A stretch of 61,631 nucleotides of DNA, the filler included, from an uncultured Methanosarcinales archaeon (GTDB lineage: Archaea > Nanobdellota > Nanobdellia > Woesearchaeales > CAZPJY01), in the NCBI GenBank assembly GCA_964587045.1. It is 5 parts of 5 records of this genome, joined end to end, with 100 filler letters (N's around TTAATTAATTAA, not from the genome) between each part and the next. Parts side by side here need not be neighbours in the genome. Positions count along the whole stretch, not along the records: positions 1 to 15,652 come from CAZPJY010000035.1; positions 15,753 to 28,350 come from CAZPJY010000037.1; 3 more parts are not named here. The stretch is one strand, 5' to 3'. Below the pieces are notes generated by a model. The model worked only from the letters and a program-made list of their open reading frames with translations, made no database searches and was not told where the DNA came from. Below are positions 9,811 to 18,361 of the stretch, piece after piece. The translations under genes and the position numbers were made by a program. Within the stretch, counting starts at the first letter, position 1, and each line of letters starts with the position of its first letter.

Positions 9811-10238
9811 TCGCTGATTGAGACATAGGCTCCTGATAGGCTGTCGATCGCCTGGACGCTTATATGATGTATGCCCGGCTCGGGATCGATGGATCCAGAC
9901 ATGTTGACTTCGCTTGTCCAGAAGATCTCTCGAGGACCGTTAATTGTGTCAACGTGGAAGATTATCTCCCTGCCGTTGATGGTCATGTTGGTCACCTTTT
10001 CAGGGATGTAGACCTTGATCCTCGTCTTGGACGGGGCCCCGAGGTAGTACACGGACTCAGCGGAATCAGCGATGGACCTCGCCACCTGCAAGGACTGCTT
10101 CATGCTGACCTCGTCCTGGAGCTCGCCCGACTGGGTTATGAAAATCGCCAGAAGGGGTATCATGAGCAGCAGGATGAAGCCCATAATCCCTAAGAACTCC
10201 ATCGAGACCTGTGCGGCCCGTCCCACCTCTTTTCCCAT
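9807..10238 (-). CDS. class III signal peptide pilin (QxSxE type)
   Basis: RAA|QVSMEFLGIMGFILLL; IADSAESVYYLG. Confidence 0.85.
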   Translation of the reverse strand: MGKEVGRAAQVSMEFLGIMGFILLLMIPLLAIFITQSGELQDEVSMKQSLQVARSIADSAESVYYLGAPSKTRIKVYIPEKVTNMTINGREIIFHVDTINGPREIFWTSEVNMSGSIDPEPGIHHISVQAIDSLSGAYVSISE

Positions 10239-10258
10239 TAGGCTGATAATCCGGCCAA

Positions 10259-10297
10259 TAGTATTTAAACATATCGACCCGAAAAGTTTTTATAGAG
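10259..10297. promoter_or_regulatory. divergent BRE-TATA promoters (pilin operon on -, 10307 gene on +)
   Basis: tatttaaacat and ccgaaaagtttttatag in a 68-bp intergenic gap. Confidence 0.55.
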
Positions 10298-10306
10298 TTA
10301 CCATAT

Positions 10307-10867
10307 ATGGATGAACGGGTGGTCCTAATAGGTCAGAGAGATTTCAATGCGGAAATGGCACGTTACCTGAACAAGCGGGTCGACTATTCGGTTCCTAAGA
10401 AAAGGATTAAGTTGAAAGAGACCCCCATGCCTGCTGTCGACAGGGAGGATGAGATCACGATCGAAAGCGACAGGGAGTCATTCTGGTCTAAGCTCTTTGG
10501 GGCTTTCAGGCGCGGTAATGAGGATTATGGTGACATCGACATGGTAAACCGGGAAGCGAAGCCCAAAGAGGAATCCTTGGAGAAGATGGAGGACGAGTAC
10601 GTCGAACTCGACGCAGTTGAGGACAAGATTGAGGCCAGGAAGGAGAGGGTGCTCTCCAGACTGTTTGCCAAAATCAACTTCCTCAAGAGGAGGGATGTTG
10701 AGCCTGAGGATCAAGCCCCCGGCGTTGACGAGGAGGTCAAGCAGGTCCTCAAGATCACGCACAAGTGGCTTCTCAAGCTGCCGCCTGAGGAATTGGCGCA
10801 GTTCAAAGCGTCATCGGATTTCGAGCTTTACAAGGCGATTCTGGGCAAGTACCGCTTGATCAAATAA
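10307..10867 (+). CDS. hypothetical charged protein with amphipathic helices
   Basis: 186 aa ORF with genome-typical codon use; SFWSKLFGAF and VLSRLFAKINF helices. Confidence 0.7.
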   Translation: MDERVVLIGQRDFNAEMARYLNKRVDYSVPKKRIKLKETPMPAVDREDEITIESDRESFWSKLFGAFRRGNEDYGDIDMVNREAKPKEESLEKMEDEYVELDAVEDKIEARKERVLSRLFAKINFLKRRDVEPEDQAPGVDEEVKQVLKITHKWLLKLPPEELAQFKASSDFELYKAILGKYRLIK

Positions 10868-10891
10868 ACACCTCTTTTCTTTATTTTCTCG

Positions 10892-10994
10892 TTGATGCAG
10901 TCCATGCTATTTTGAAAATACTGGACAACGTCCAATAATTTTTTAGTTTTCTGGACAAAATAGAAAGATATTTATATTTAATGGACAAAATCAT
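10892..10994. promoter_or_regulatory. four 13-bp semi-palindromic boxes at 30-bp spacing around a TATA box (putative Lrp/AsnC operator)
   Basis: TTGATGCAGTCCA 10892, TGGACAACGTCCA 10922, TGGACAAAATAGA 10952, TGGACAAAATCAT 10982; TATA tttatattt ~10971. Confidence 0.65.
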
Positions 10995-11008
10995 TAATGT
11001 TTTTTTAC

Positions 11009-11079
11009 GGCTCTCCACACGATGAAGTCCAACAACGTTACAGCGTTGTTTCTCGCACACCCCCGGAGAGCTTTTTTTT
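11009..11079 (+). ncRNA. candidate structured leader/small RNA ending in a U8 tract
   Basis: GCTCTCC (11010-16) pairs with GGAGAGC (11065-71), enclosing hairpin AACAACG/CGTTGTT (11031-50); T8 follows. Confidence 0.4.
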
Positions 11080-11095
11080 ATTTTCAGTGGTAGGT

Positions 11096-11497
11096 ATGGA
11101 CAGGAATGACGAGCGGATCATCAGGGAACTGCAGAGGGACGCGAGGAAACCGATTCGCGAAATAGCGAAGACAGTGGGGCTCCCTGCGAGCACGGTCCAT
11201 GTGAGGATACAGAGGCTCCAGCGTGAGGGCGTGATAAAGCGCTTCACGATAGAGGTAGACGCGGCGACGGCGGATGAGGCTTTCATCGCCTTCGTGATGA
11301 CCACTGCGCCGCCCGACCCGGGCTGGGCAGATGACCCGCACGTGAGGGAGGTCTTCTCAATAACAGGCGATTACACTACCCTGCTAAAGGTCAGGTGCAA
11401 GGATTTCGACACGTTTTCGGCCTGGCTCAAGAGCTTCAGGCACTCCTACCCGGTCGCAGCTACAGCTGTGGTGACCGAGACAGTCAAAGAGGTGTAA
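11096..11497 (+). CDS. Lrp/AsnC family transcriptional regulator
   Basis: MDRNDERIIRELQRDARKPIREIAKTVGLPASTVHVRIQRLQREGVIKRF HTH; ITGDY RAM motif. Confidence 0.93.
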   Translation: MDRNDERIIRELQRDARKPIREIAKTVGLPASTVHVRIQRLQREGVIKRFTIEVDAATADEAFIAFVMTTAPPDPGWADDPHVREVFSITGDYTTLLKVRCKDFDTFSAWLKSFRHSYPVAATAVVTETVKEV

Positions 11498-11499
11498 GG

Positions 11500-12225
11500 A
11501 TGGCTTCAACCGAACAAGTCGAGAAGCAGATGGTGCACGACACCAAGCTCTGGCACAGGTCGCTTTCGAAATATCTGCTCGCGAAGCTGAGGATGGGCAC
11601 CATCACATTGCTCACAATACTGAGCTTTGCGCTCCCAGTCGATGTCGAGGCCATAACCCCTCCCACCCAGCGCTACCTGAACGACATCATAACCCTTGTC
11701 CATACCAGCCAGTTCGCCTTGATGCCGGTGAAAAGGCAGGTCCAGGTGGTAGTTCCCAAGATCGACTCGCTCTTCGTCATGGTTGAAAACGACGTCTTCA
11801 AGGAGATTGAGAACAAGGAGTTCACCAAGGCCGAGAATGACCTCAAGAAGGTCGACCACCGCATGGCCTCTGTGGGATTTCCCAGGCATGGCGACTGCGA
11901 AAAGCTGCTAGCCAAGGTAGAGGAGGCCCGGAAGGCTGATGAGCAGAGGAGGATTGAGGAGAAGAAGGCGATACGCAAGGAGATCACACCAAGTACGGCT
12001 AGGGTGTCCTTCCAGGTGGTGGACGGCAAGAAATACCTCGTGTTCACACTCCTGGGGAAGATTGAACGGAACATGGAGCACGTCGCAGGTCACCGGCTCG
12101 CAAGCGCCTTCAACTACATAAAAGACAACAAGTACCCTCACATCCGCAGGGTCAAGGCCTTCAAGCTGCCGGGCGGGACCAATAATCTAATGATCCTGCA
12201 GTTCACCTACGTCTGGCAGATCTAA
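11500..12225 (+). CDS. hypothetical protein with signal/TM-like segment and coiled coil
   Basis: ATG 2 nt after the Lrp stop; hydrophobic [15 protein letters not shown]. Confidence 0.65.
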   Translation: MASTEQVEKQMVHDTKLWHRSLSKYLLAKLRMGTITLLTILSFALPVDVEAITPPTQRYLNDIITLVHTSQFALMPVKRQVQVVVPKIDSLFVMVENDVFKEIENKEFTKAENDLKKVDHRMASVGFPRHGDCEKLLAKVEEARKADEQRRIEEKKAIRKEITPSTARVSFQVVDGKKYLVFTLLGKIERNMEHVAGHRLASAFNYIKDNKYPHIRRVKAFKLPGGTNNLMILQFTYVWQI

Positions 12226-12289
12226 TTCTAACCAAACTTTTATTAACAGGGATTTGTTCCCGCAAACTACTTCTTTACAGGTGATAAGT

Positions 12290-14908
12290 ATGAAAGACGC
12301 AAAATTAGTTTATGTTTTCGGTGACGGAACCAAGGACGACAAGGCCCTGCTGGGCGGGAAAGGAGCCAACCTCTCTGAGATGACCTCACTTGGGATACCA
12401 GTGCCTCCGGGATTCACGATAACGACCGAGGTGTGCGACCTGTACTACAAGAAAGGCAAGAAGCTCCCCAAGGAGCTGCCGGAGCAGGTTGAATCTGCCA
12501 TTAAGGTGGTGGAGAAGGAGACAGGCATGCGTTTCGGCAGCAAATCCAATCCCCTGCTGGTCTCCGTCAGGAGCGGCGCTGCTGTATCGATGCCCGGCAT
12601 GATGGACACTGTCCTGAACCTTGGCCTCAACGATGAGACTGTGGAGGCCCTCGCCGAGAAGACCGGCAACAGGAGGTTTGCCTACGACTCCTACAGGAGG
12701 TTCATCCAGATGTTTGCCGACGTCGTAATGGGGATTGACACTTCAAACTTCGAGTACGCCCTCGGGGAGCTCAAGGAGTCCAAGAAGGCCAAGTACGACA
12801 CCGACCTTTCGGCGGATGACCTGAAATCTTTGGTGGCGACGTACAAGGACATGGTAAAGGAAGAGGCAGGCAATCTCTTCCCAAGCGACCCCAAGGAGCA
12901 GCTTGATCTCGCCATCCAGGCGGTCTTCGGTTCATGGAACAACAGGCGGGCCATAACGTACAGGAGGATCAACCGCATATCAGGCCTCAAGGGCACAGCT
13001 GTGAACGTCCAGGCCATGGTGTTCGGCAACATGGGTGAAACGTCGTCCACCGGCGTTTGCTTTTCCCGAAACCCATCCACGGGCGAGAAGCAGTTCTACG
13101 GCGAGTTCCTGGTCAACGCGCAAGGGGAAGATGTCGTCGCAGGCATCAGGACTCCAAGGCCTATAAAGGAGCTTGAGAAGGTCAACCCCGGGGCGTACAG
13201 GCAGCTCGTCGGAATATACCACGATCTGGAGAAGCACTACAAGGACATGCAGGACATGGAGTTCACCATACAGGAAGGCAAGCTATACATGCTGCAGACC
13301 CGCAGCGGAAAGAGGACAGCGCAGGCAGCTGTCAGGATAGCGGTGGAGATGGTCAAGGAAGGCCTGCTTTCCAGGGAGGAGGCCTTACTCAAGGTCGACC
13401 CCAACCAGCTTGACCAGCTGCTGCACAAGCAGATAGACCAGGATTCAGAGAAGGGCGAGCAGATAGCGAAAGGCCTGCCCGCATCACCCGGTGCAGCGGT
13501 AGGCAGGGTCGTGTTCACTGCTGAGGACGCAGAAGCCTGGCATTCAGAGGGCAAGAAGGTCGTCTTGGTCAGGACTGAGACGTCCCCGGAGGACATAGAG
13601 GGTATGCACGCAGCGCAAGGGATCCTCACGTCGAGGGGGGGAATGACCAGCCACGCGGCAGTCGTCGCAAGAGGCATGGGCAAGTGCTGCGTCGCAGGCT
13701 GCGATGGCATCATCATCGACGAGAAGGCCAGAAGGTTCAAGGCTGGCGACGCTGAGGTCAAGGAGGGCGACTGGATAACCCTCGACGGCAGCACCGGTGA
13801 GGTGATGCTCGGGAAGGCCAAGCTGGTCGAACCCACAGTCTCCGGAGACTTCAGCACCCTGATGGGCTGGGCGGACTCTGTAAGGAGACTTAAAGTCAGG
13901 ACCAACGCGGACACGCCGCACGACTCCGAGGTCGCAGTCAGGTTCGGCGCTGAGGGCATAGGGCTGTGCAGGACCGAACACATGTTCTTCGAAGGCGACA
14001 GGATCATGGCGGTCAGGAAGATGATAGTGGCCAAGAACGAGGTGGAGAGGAGGAAGGCCCTGGCCAAGCTGCTCCCCATGCAGCGCTCTGACTTCGAGGG
14101 CATATTCAAGGCCATGGGAGGCAGGCCTGTCACTATCAGGCTGTTGGACCCTCCGCTGCACGAGTTCCTGCCGCACGAGGGAGAGGAGATAGAGGCCCTT
14201 GCAAGGGAGCTCGGCGTCAAGAGCTCGGAACTCAAGGGCATCGTAGACTCCCTTCGGGAGACCAACCCCATGCTCGGGCACCGCGGCTGCAGGCTGGCGA
14301 TCACTTATCCTGAGATTGCTGAGATGCAGGCACGGGCGATCATGGAAGCAGCGTGCAATGTCAAGGAGTCTGGCCTCGATGTGAGGCCTGAGATAATGGT
14401 GCCGCTGGTCGGCATCCGCGCTGAGCTAACCTATCTAAAGGATATAATCGACAAGACGGCCAAGCTGGTGCTGGCGGAGAACGACGTGGAGATGGAATAT
14501 CTGGTCGGGACCATGATAGAGGTACCGCGCGCGGCCCTCGTGGCCGACAGGATAGCCGAGGACGCGGAGTTCTTCAGCTTCGGCACCAACGACCTGACCC
14601 AGATGACCTTCGGATTCTCCAGGGATGACGTCGCCAAGTTCGTCCCCGAGTACGTGAAAAAGGGGCTGCTCGCAGCAGACCCGTTCCAGGTTCTGGACCA
14701 GGAAGCGGTCGGACAGCTGGTCGCCATGGCGGTCGAGAAGGGACGCATGACCCGCAAATCGCTCAAGGTCGGCATATGCGGAGAGCACGGTGGCGAGCCT
14801 TCAAGCGTCGAGTTCTGCCACCGCGCTGGGCTGGACTACGTAAGCTGCTCGCCGTACCGCGTGCCCATCGCCCGGCTTGCCGCAGCACATGCTGCGATAA
14901 AGAACTAG
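12290..14908 (+). CDS. ppdK: pyruvate, phosphate dikinase
   Basis: [68 protein letters not shown] aggtgat. Confidence 0.98.
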   Translation: MKDAKLVYVFGDGTKDDKALLGGKGANLSEMTSLGIPVPPGFTITTEVCDLYYKKGKKLPKELPEQVESAIKVVEKETGMRFGSKSNPLLVSVRSGAAVSMPGMMDTVLNLGLNDETVEALAEKTGNRRFAYDSYRRFIQMFADVVMGIDTSNFEYALGELKESKKAKYDTDLSADDLKSLVATYKDMVKEEAGNLFPSDPKEQLDLAIQAVFGSWNNRRAITYRRINRISGLKGTAVNVQAMVFGNMGETSSTGVCFSRNPSTGEKQFYGEFLVNAQGEDVVAGIRTPRPIKELEKVNPGAYRQLVGIYHDLEKHYKDMQDMEFTIQEGKLYMLQTRSGKRTAQAAVRIAVEMVKEGLLSREEALLKVDPNQLDQLLHKQIDQDSEKGEQIAKGLPASPGAAVGRVVFTAEDAEAWHSEGKKVVLVRTETSPEDIEGMHAAQGILTSRGGMTSHAAVVARGMGKCCVAGCDGIIIDEKARRFKAGDAEVKEGDWITLDGSTGEVMLGKAKLVEPTVSGDFSTLMGWADSVRRLKVRTNADTPHDSEVAVRFGAEGIGLCRTEHMFFEGDRIMAVRKMIVAKNEVERRKALAKLLPMQRSDFEGIFKAMGGRPVTIRLLDPPLHEFLPHEGEEIEALARELGVKSSELKGIVDSLRETNPMLGHRGCRLAITYPEIAEMQARAIMEAACNVKESGLDVRPEIMVPLVGIRAELTYLKDIIDKTAKLVLAENDVEMEYLVGTMIEVPRAALVADRIAEDAEFFSFGTNDLTQMTFGFSRDDVAKFVPEYVKKGLLAADPFQVLDQEAVGQLVAMAVEKGRMTRKSLKVGICGEHGGEPSSVEFCHRAGLDYVSCSPYRVPIARLAAAHAAIKN

Positions 14909-15651
14909 TTTTTTTCTCTTAACCAATCCAGAAGCAGCTTCTTTCCAAACGAGTAGTCGCCGTCCACTGCGAGGCCGTGGTTTGCCCCCTCAATTATAAC
15001 CAACGACCCGTTCTGAAGATTTTGGACGAGCTTCTCGGAATGCTCAACAGGTATGTGTTCGTCTTCAGTGCCGTGGAGTATCAGCGTCGGAATCTTGATC
15101 TGCTTGGCTTTGTCGTACATAACATATTTTGTCGCGTCCTCCATGAAGTCGTAGTAGATCTTCAGGTCTGGCTTGTTTCTCCTAGGGAACATGATGTAGC
15201 CTTTCTTTTTCCATTCCTCAACGTATCCCCTGCCCAGTCTCTTCGTCCGCTGCGCGATGTAGTCGGAAACAGGCGCCTTGAGGACCATCCTGGTGATGTC
15301 GCCCCTCTTCAGGGCCAGGATCATGGCTATCAAGCCTCCTGCGCTGCTGCCGACCAGCTCGAACCGGTCATAGCCCCTGCCCTTGAGCATTTCAAGGGCG
15401 TCCTCTGCGTCCTCCACCCATCCGGTTATCGTTCCGCGCGATGCGTCCCCCTCCGATTCCCCGCAGCCGGATAGGTCGAACCTGAATGCATTTATTCCTA
15501 ATTCTGCAAGGGCCTCTGAATTGATCTTGGCACTTGTATCCTTGCTGGAAAGATAACCGTGTATGAAGACGACGATCTCTGAACTGTCGCTTGCCTTATG
15601 GAGTACGCCGACGAGCTTTTCCCCTTTCCGATTCTTGAATTCGATTCTCAT
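14905..15651 (-). CDS. alpha/beta hydrolase
   Basis: HGY oxyanion loop, [18 protein letters not shown] nucleophile, [13 protein letters not shown]. Confidence 0.9.
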   Translation of the reverse strand: MRIEFKNRKGEKLVGVLHKASDSSEIVVFIHGYLSSKDTSAKINSEALAELGINAFRFDLSGCGESEGDASRGTITGWVEDAEDALEMLKGRGYDRFELVGSSAGGLIAMILALKRGDITRMVLKAPVSDYIAQRTKRLGRGYVEEWKKKGYIMFPRRNKPDLKIYYDFMEDATKYVMYDKAKQIKIPTLILHGTEDEHIPVEHSEKLVQNLQNGSLVIIEGANHGLAVDGDYSFGKKLLLDWLREKN

Positions 15652-15652
15652 C

Positions 15653-15752
15653 NNNNNNNNNNNNNNNNNNNNNNNNNNNNNNNNNNNNNNNNNNNNTTAA
15701 TTAATTAANNNNNNNNNNNNNNNNNNNNNNNNNNNNNNNNNNNNNNNNNNNN
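15653..15752. other. artificial contig-joining spacer
   Basis: N run with TTAATTAATTAA all-frame stop linker. Confidence 0.95.
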
Positions 15753-15800
15753 CACCGGAACTCCCCAACTTTACCGCCTAAGAAATGGAAATTTTATTGT

Positions 15801-15847
15801 ATTTAACTGTTCATATCGGCAGTATGCCCTAAACCAACAGTTAACGA
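15801..15847. repeat. nested inverted repeat / candidate recombination site upstream of tyrosine recombinase
   Basis: TTAACTGTT...AACAGTTAA arms enclosing CATA-N7-TATG; GTTAAAT (GTTRRRY) on the minus strand. Confidence 0.45.
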
Positions 15848-15939
15848 TTTCAGAGATTAGAATTAGGAATCAATATCACCATGATTTTTCCGTTTTTTCA
15901 TAGTGACCACTTATTAACATGCTGTTCTGTTGGCTTGCC

Positions 15940-16770
15940 ATGGATCCCTTAGTCGCAGTCTCCCGCGAGCTTCAAAGGCGAAAATACAGCCCCCAGACCA
16001 TCCGGACATACTGCCATTGCCTCGGAGCCTTTCTGCAATGGACTAAGAAGTCGCCTGGCCAGATATCGAAGACTGACGTCAAGCTGTACCTGCAGCACCT
16101 CTGCGACCATAAGAAAGCCGCAAGCACCCTCAACGTCAACCTCCAGGCCATCAAGTTCTACCTAGAAAATGTCCTCAGGAAACGGTTCTACGTCGAATTG
16201 CCCTACAGCAAGGTGCCTCAACGCCTGCCGGTCGTGCTCTCCAGGGAGGAGGTGAAAGGGCTGCTTGCTGCCATTAGCAACCCGAAGCAGAGGCTGCTGG
16301 TGAGCCTCATCTACGGCGCAGGCCTTAGGGTCTCTGAGGCCTGCAACCTCAAAGCAGGGGATCTGGAGGACGACCATGGTTGGGTCAGGAAGGGGAAGGG
16401 AGGCAAGGACCGGTTGTTTATCGTTCCCGCCTGCCTGAGAAGGCAACTGGAAGACCTGACCAAATCTCTAGTTCCGACCGACCTTATATTCCCCGGCTTG
16501 AACGGCCCTTACTCTCCTAGGTCTGTGGGGGAGATCGTAAAAAGTGTATGCAAGAAAGCAGGAATCAAGAAGAAGGTCCATCCGCACACCCTCCGCCATT
16601 CCTTTGCCACCCACCTCATAGAGGACGGCTGCTGCCTCATCTCGGTCCAGGCGCTCCTCGGCCACGCCTCGCCTGAGACGAGCATGGTGTATGTCCACCT
16701 CGCCAAGCCCAAACTACTTGATGTGAAAAGCCCTCTCGACAATCTAAAAAATTCACCACAACATTTATAA
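15940..16770 (+). CDS. tyrosine recombinase (XerA/IntI-like, SAM_4-type N-terminus)
   Basis: RRKYSPQTIRTY, LPVVLSREEV, YGAGLRVSE, GKGGKDR, HTLRHSFATHL, LLGH, catalytic Y in SMVYVH. Confidence 0.93.
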   Translation: MDPLVAVSRELQRRKYSPQTIRTYCHCLGAFLQWTKKSPGQISKTDVKLYLQHLCDHKKAASTLNVNLQAIKFYLENVLRKRFYVELPYSKVPQRLPVVLSREEVKGLLAAISNPKQRLLVSLIYGAGLRVSEACNLKAGDLEDDHGWVRKGKGGKDRLFIVPACLRRQLEDLTKSLVPTDLIFPGLNGPYSPRSVGEIVKSVCKKAGIKKKVHPHTLRHSFATHLIEDGCCLISVQALLGHASPETSMVYVHLAKPKLLDVKSPLDNLKNSPQHL

Positions 16771-16800
16771 ACAGCCGTCGTTTCCCCTGCTGCAAGCAAA

Positions 16801-17178
16801 ATGGCATTGTCACAAGCGAGACCCAACAGGAAGCAGACAGGTTCTAAGTACAAGGCTTTCCGGGGCAAGAGGATGTCTGAGCTTGGAAGGAGTCCGACCT
16901 TCACAGGCCTCGCCGAGCGAAAGGCAAAATCGATCCGGACCCTCGGCGGCAACCACAAGTACAGGCTGCTCAGGTCCGACATCGTCAATGTGATGGACCC
17001 CAAGACCAAGAAGTGCAGTAAGGTCAAGATCAAGACAGTGCTTGAGAACCCTGCCAACCGCCACTTCGTAAGGCGAAACATCATGACCAAAGGGACGGTT
17101 ATCGAGACCGAGAAGGGCAAGGCCAAGATAACCTCAAGGCCTGGGCAGGACGGCACCATCAACGCGGTCCTAATTTAA
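16801..17178 (+). CDS. rps8e: 30S ribosomal protein S8e
   Basis: RKQTGSKY, ELGR, RTLGGN, RRNIMTKG, ITSRPGQDGTINAVL. Confidence 0.97.
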   Translation: MALSQARPNRKQTGSKYKAFRGKRMSELGRSPTFTGLAERKAKSIRTLGGNHKYRLLRSDIVNVMDPKTKKCSKVKIKTVLENPANRHFVRRNIMTKGTVIETEKGKAKITSRPGQDGTINAVLI

Positions 17179-17237
17179 CTACCTTCTAGTGGTAAAATAC
17201 CGAAAGTTTTATATACTATCTGCACCACTTTAACCTT

Positions 17238-17711
17238 ATGACCAGGCGAAAGTACGTCTCCCGAGACCCCAACCAGGGGGTCCTCCCGCTGGGCGATGCG
17301 AAACAGAACCTGCTTGACATGATGCTGCCAGAATCGTTGGATAGAGCAAACCTTTCCACTATCATCAGCGGGGTAAAGGAAGAGCTAGAAGGCGCACTGT
17401 ACAACGCAATCCTCACGAGTGACAACCAGCCTCCTGTGTACAAGGACCAGCTTCAAAACCAGCTCAGGAAGTTCTACATGCATGAGAACGGCAAGCTGCC
17501 AGAAGGCTTTCACAAGTGGAAAAAAGCCAAGCTAATAAGGACATGGAAGGCGGTCAAGATCAACTGCCAAAAGCAAAGGGACAAGTACGCCAAAGTCCTG
17601 CAGGAGTATTACACCGAGGTGGGCTTCGTGCCTCCCATCCACCCCCAAGCCCTCGGTTACAATCAGCTTTCTTACCTGTACCACGAGCTTGAGAATCGCC
17701 ATAAGGAATAA
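17238..17711 (+). CDS. hypothetical protein
   Basis: 157 aa ORF after BRE-TATA ccgaaagtttttatat (17200-17215). Confidence 0.6.
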   Translation: MTRRKYVSRDPNQGVLPLGDAKQNLLDMMLPESLDRANLSTIISGVKEELEGALYNAILTSDNQPPVYKDQLQNQLRKFYMHENGKLPEGFHKWKKAKLIRTWKAVKINCQKQRDKYAKVLQEYYTEVGFVPPIHPQALGYNQLSYLYHELENRHKE

Positions 17712-17737
17712 ATAGGACTCCAAGAACCCTTAGTTCC

Positions 17738-18310
17738 ATGCTTCCTCTCTACGACAAGCTGCTCAAGAAGTACGGACATCAGGGCTGGTGGCCCATCAGA
17801 GGCAAGTACCACCCAGGGGACTTCTCGTACCCAAAGGATGATGCCCAGCGCTTCGAAATATGCGTAGGCGCGATCCTCACGCAGAACACTTCATGGAAGA
17901 ACGTCGAAAAGGCGATAGAGTCCCTGAGGGAGAAAGGCGCGCTTTCCCCTGAGAAGATATCAACCATGAACCTGCTCTCGCTCGGGTCCCTAATAAAATC
18001 CTCAGGCTACTTCAACCAGAAGGCGAAGAAGCTCAAATACTTCGCAAAATACTACTTGAATCTCAAAGGCAAGACCCCCTCGCGGGAAGACCTCCTCTCG
18101 CTGTGGGGCATCGGGCCTGAGACTGCAGATTCTATACTTCTTTATGCATACCACCAGCCGCATTTCGTCATCGACACCTATACGAAAAGGTTTGCGGACT
18201 CCGATCTGCCTTATGATGACCTGAAGGAGATGTTTGAGCAGGCGGTTCCGAGGGACTACAGGATTTACCAGGAGTTCCATGCTCTCATCGTCAAGCACGC
18301 CAAATCATAA
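17738..18310 (+). CDS. endonuclease III-related HhH-GPD DNA glycosylase (no C-terminal FeS motif)
   Basis: GWWP, FEICVGAILTQNTSWKNVEKA, LLSLWGIGPETADSILLY, FVIDTY, EFHALIV. Confidence 0.9.
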   Translation: MLPLYDKLLKKYGHQGWWPIRGKYHPGDFSYPKDDAQRFEICVGAILTQNTSWKNVEKAIESLREKGALSPEKISTMNLLSLGSLIKSSGYFNQKAKKLKYFAKYYLNLKGKTPSREDLLSLWGIGPETADSILLYAYHQPHFVIDTYTKRFADSDLPYDDLKEMFEQAVPRDYRIYQEFHALIVKHAKS

Positions 18311-18361
18311 CCTTTAAATACCTCGCTCCCCAGAAAATAGGAGGAAAAAGAGGCTGCTCTC

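Noticed and set aside
10981..11025. Leader peptide MDKIINVFLRLSTR for translational attenuation
   Set aside because: ATG lies immediately after the TATA box, upstream of the expected start site, and has no run of a regulatory amino acid
13237..14304. Long antisense ORFs (also 29107-29868, 33014-33979, 48265-49134, 56451-57248)
   Set aside because: Shadow frames of well-supported GC-rich genes on the opposite strand
15653..15752. TTAATTAATTAA palindrome flanked by Ns (also at 28351, 40427, 52412)
   Set aside because: Artificial all-frame-stop contig linker; ORFs reading into it and gene adjacency across it are not biological evidence
15940..16770. Bona fide integron integrase or provirus
   Set aside because: IntI-specific insertion absent; no attC cassettes, viral genes or att duplication visible; kept only as a hypothesis
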